A DNA stretch of 62,967 nucleotides, from UHGV virus genome UHGV-0240508, one strand, 5' to 3'. Source of the stretch: a virus. The position numbers and the translations under genes are program-made. Below, one piece after another: positions 62,461 to 62,967 of the stretch (its first letter is position 1; every line of letters begins with the position of its first letter). Under the pieces are notes generated by a model, which saw only the letters and a list, made by a program, of their open reading frames with translations, had not been told where the DNA came from and did not search any database.

Positions 62461-62920
62461 TGATAAAACTAGCAAAAGGCGCGCAAAATGTTATTGCACG
62501 TAACAAATGGTAAAGTGAACCTTTTGCTACGTACTGCCCAACATTTCTTCAAAAAACATACGTAGAAAAAGGATTTGGTGTTAATTACTGGAATGACTGG
62601 ATTTGTTTTTTTCGGAAATTTCTGGAAGAAAAAACGTTAGACGGGATTTGTCTCGCTCTGCACAACGCCAAAAAGAAGAAAAAAATACAATAAAATAAAT
62701 AAAATATAAATATATATATATATAATTAATTAGTTTTTTGTTTGTTTTTTCTTCCTGTGCTTCGTGTTGCCCAACGCTCGTTTTCAAAAAAGAGAGGGTT
62801 TTTGGGTTTTTTTTTTTTTTTTTTTTGCTCATTTTTTCGAAAATTTTTGTTAGAGCGTTGGGCGACACGTAGCAAAAGGTGCGTGTTACTTTTCAGAGTT
62901 TGCCGTGCCGAGCGGCGAAG

Positions 62921-62967
62921 CCCACGAAGTATACTTGCTCATGCTCAGGCAAGCTGCTGGCACACAC
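62921..62967. repeat. First part of the same tandem array, wrapping into position 1. Indicates circular permutation, or the window was cut inside the array.
   Basis: 47/47 nt identity to 280-326 and seamless continuation into positions 1-40. Confidence 0.85.

Noticed and set aside
62581-62868. 95-aa minus-strand ORF in the A/T-rich region
   Set aside because: Made of homopolymer and low-complexity runs (KKKKKK; IYIYLYFIYFIVFF) across the poly-T and TATA block. Treated as non-coding origin-like DNA.

Overview
This window reads as a complete, circularly permuted dsDNA tailed-phage genome of about 63 kb. It is visibly GC-rich, genes are tightly packed with strong AGGAG-type ribosome-binding sites, and many neighbouring genes overlap by 4 nt (ATGA) or 1 nt (TAATG). 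A composite tandem-repeat array at positions 1-378 continues without a break from the last 47 nt of the window (62921-62967), so the window was cut inside that array. A hairpin- and iteron-rich non-coding region (62053-62920) sits beside it. Gene calls rest on the supplied ORF track, motifs read in the translations, ribosome-binding-site inspection and intergenic structure; no tools were used.

The plus-strand block (425-20670, plus 61378-62343 across the junction) carries early and replication genes:
- about 10 unrecognisable small proteins, including a very acidic one driven by a clean sigma70-like promoter;
- a CobS-like AAA+ ATPase and a CobT-like vWA protein (DMSGSMSG MIDAS motif) flanking a Zn-ribbon protein;
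- a HicA-like ORF;
- a family A DNA polymerase with exonuclease motifs and polymerase motifs A, B and C;
- a Cas4-like PD-(D/E)XK nuclease with a C-terminal Cys cluster, a VRR-NUC nuclease and an SNF2-type helicase;
- an Xis-like HTH protein;
- a 1038-aa primase-polymerase/SF3-helicase fusion.

The minus-strand block (20741-60815) carries:
- two antirepressors (Rha+KilAC and Bro-N), each preceded by a G/C-stem hairpin with the same TGTCAAG loop;
- a virion module: two collagen-like (GXY) fibre proteins of 250 and 1095 aa, two tandem giant proteins of 1116 and 938 aa, a paralogous triplet and a Pro-rich repeat protein;
- a lysis cassette: peptidase M15 endolysin (GTG start), holin-like protein, TM coiled-coil protein and Lys-rich peptides, flanked by a terminator and a promoter;
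- a truncated pseudogene copy of the antirepressor C-terminus;
- tail-fibre-like proteins, major capsid protein, scaffold, portal, large terminase (Walker A GPFGSGKS) and a small-terminase candidate.

No integrase, CI-like repressor, RNA polymerase, reverse transcriptase, tRNA or CRISPR array was found. Many long antisense ORFs are GC-driven artefacts. The observations most worth follow-up are the repeat/iteron region, the two hairpin-controlled antirepressors together with the fossil copy, the CobS/Zn-ribbon/CobT triad, and the acidic early protein.
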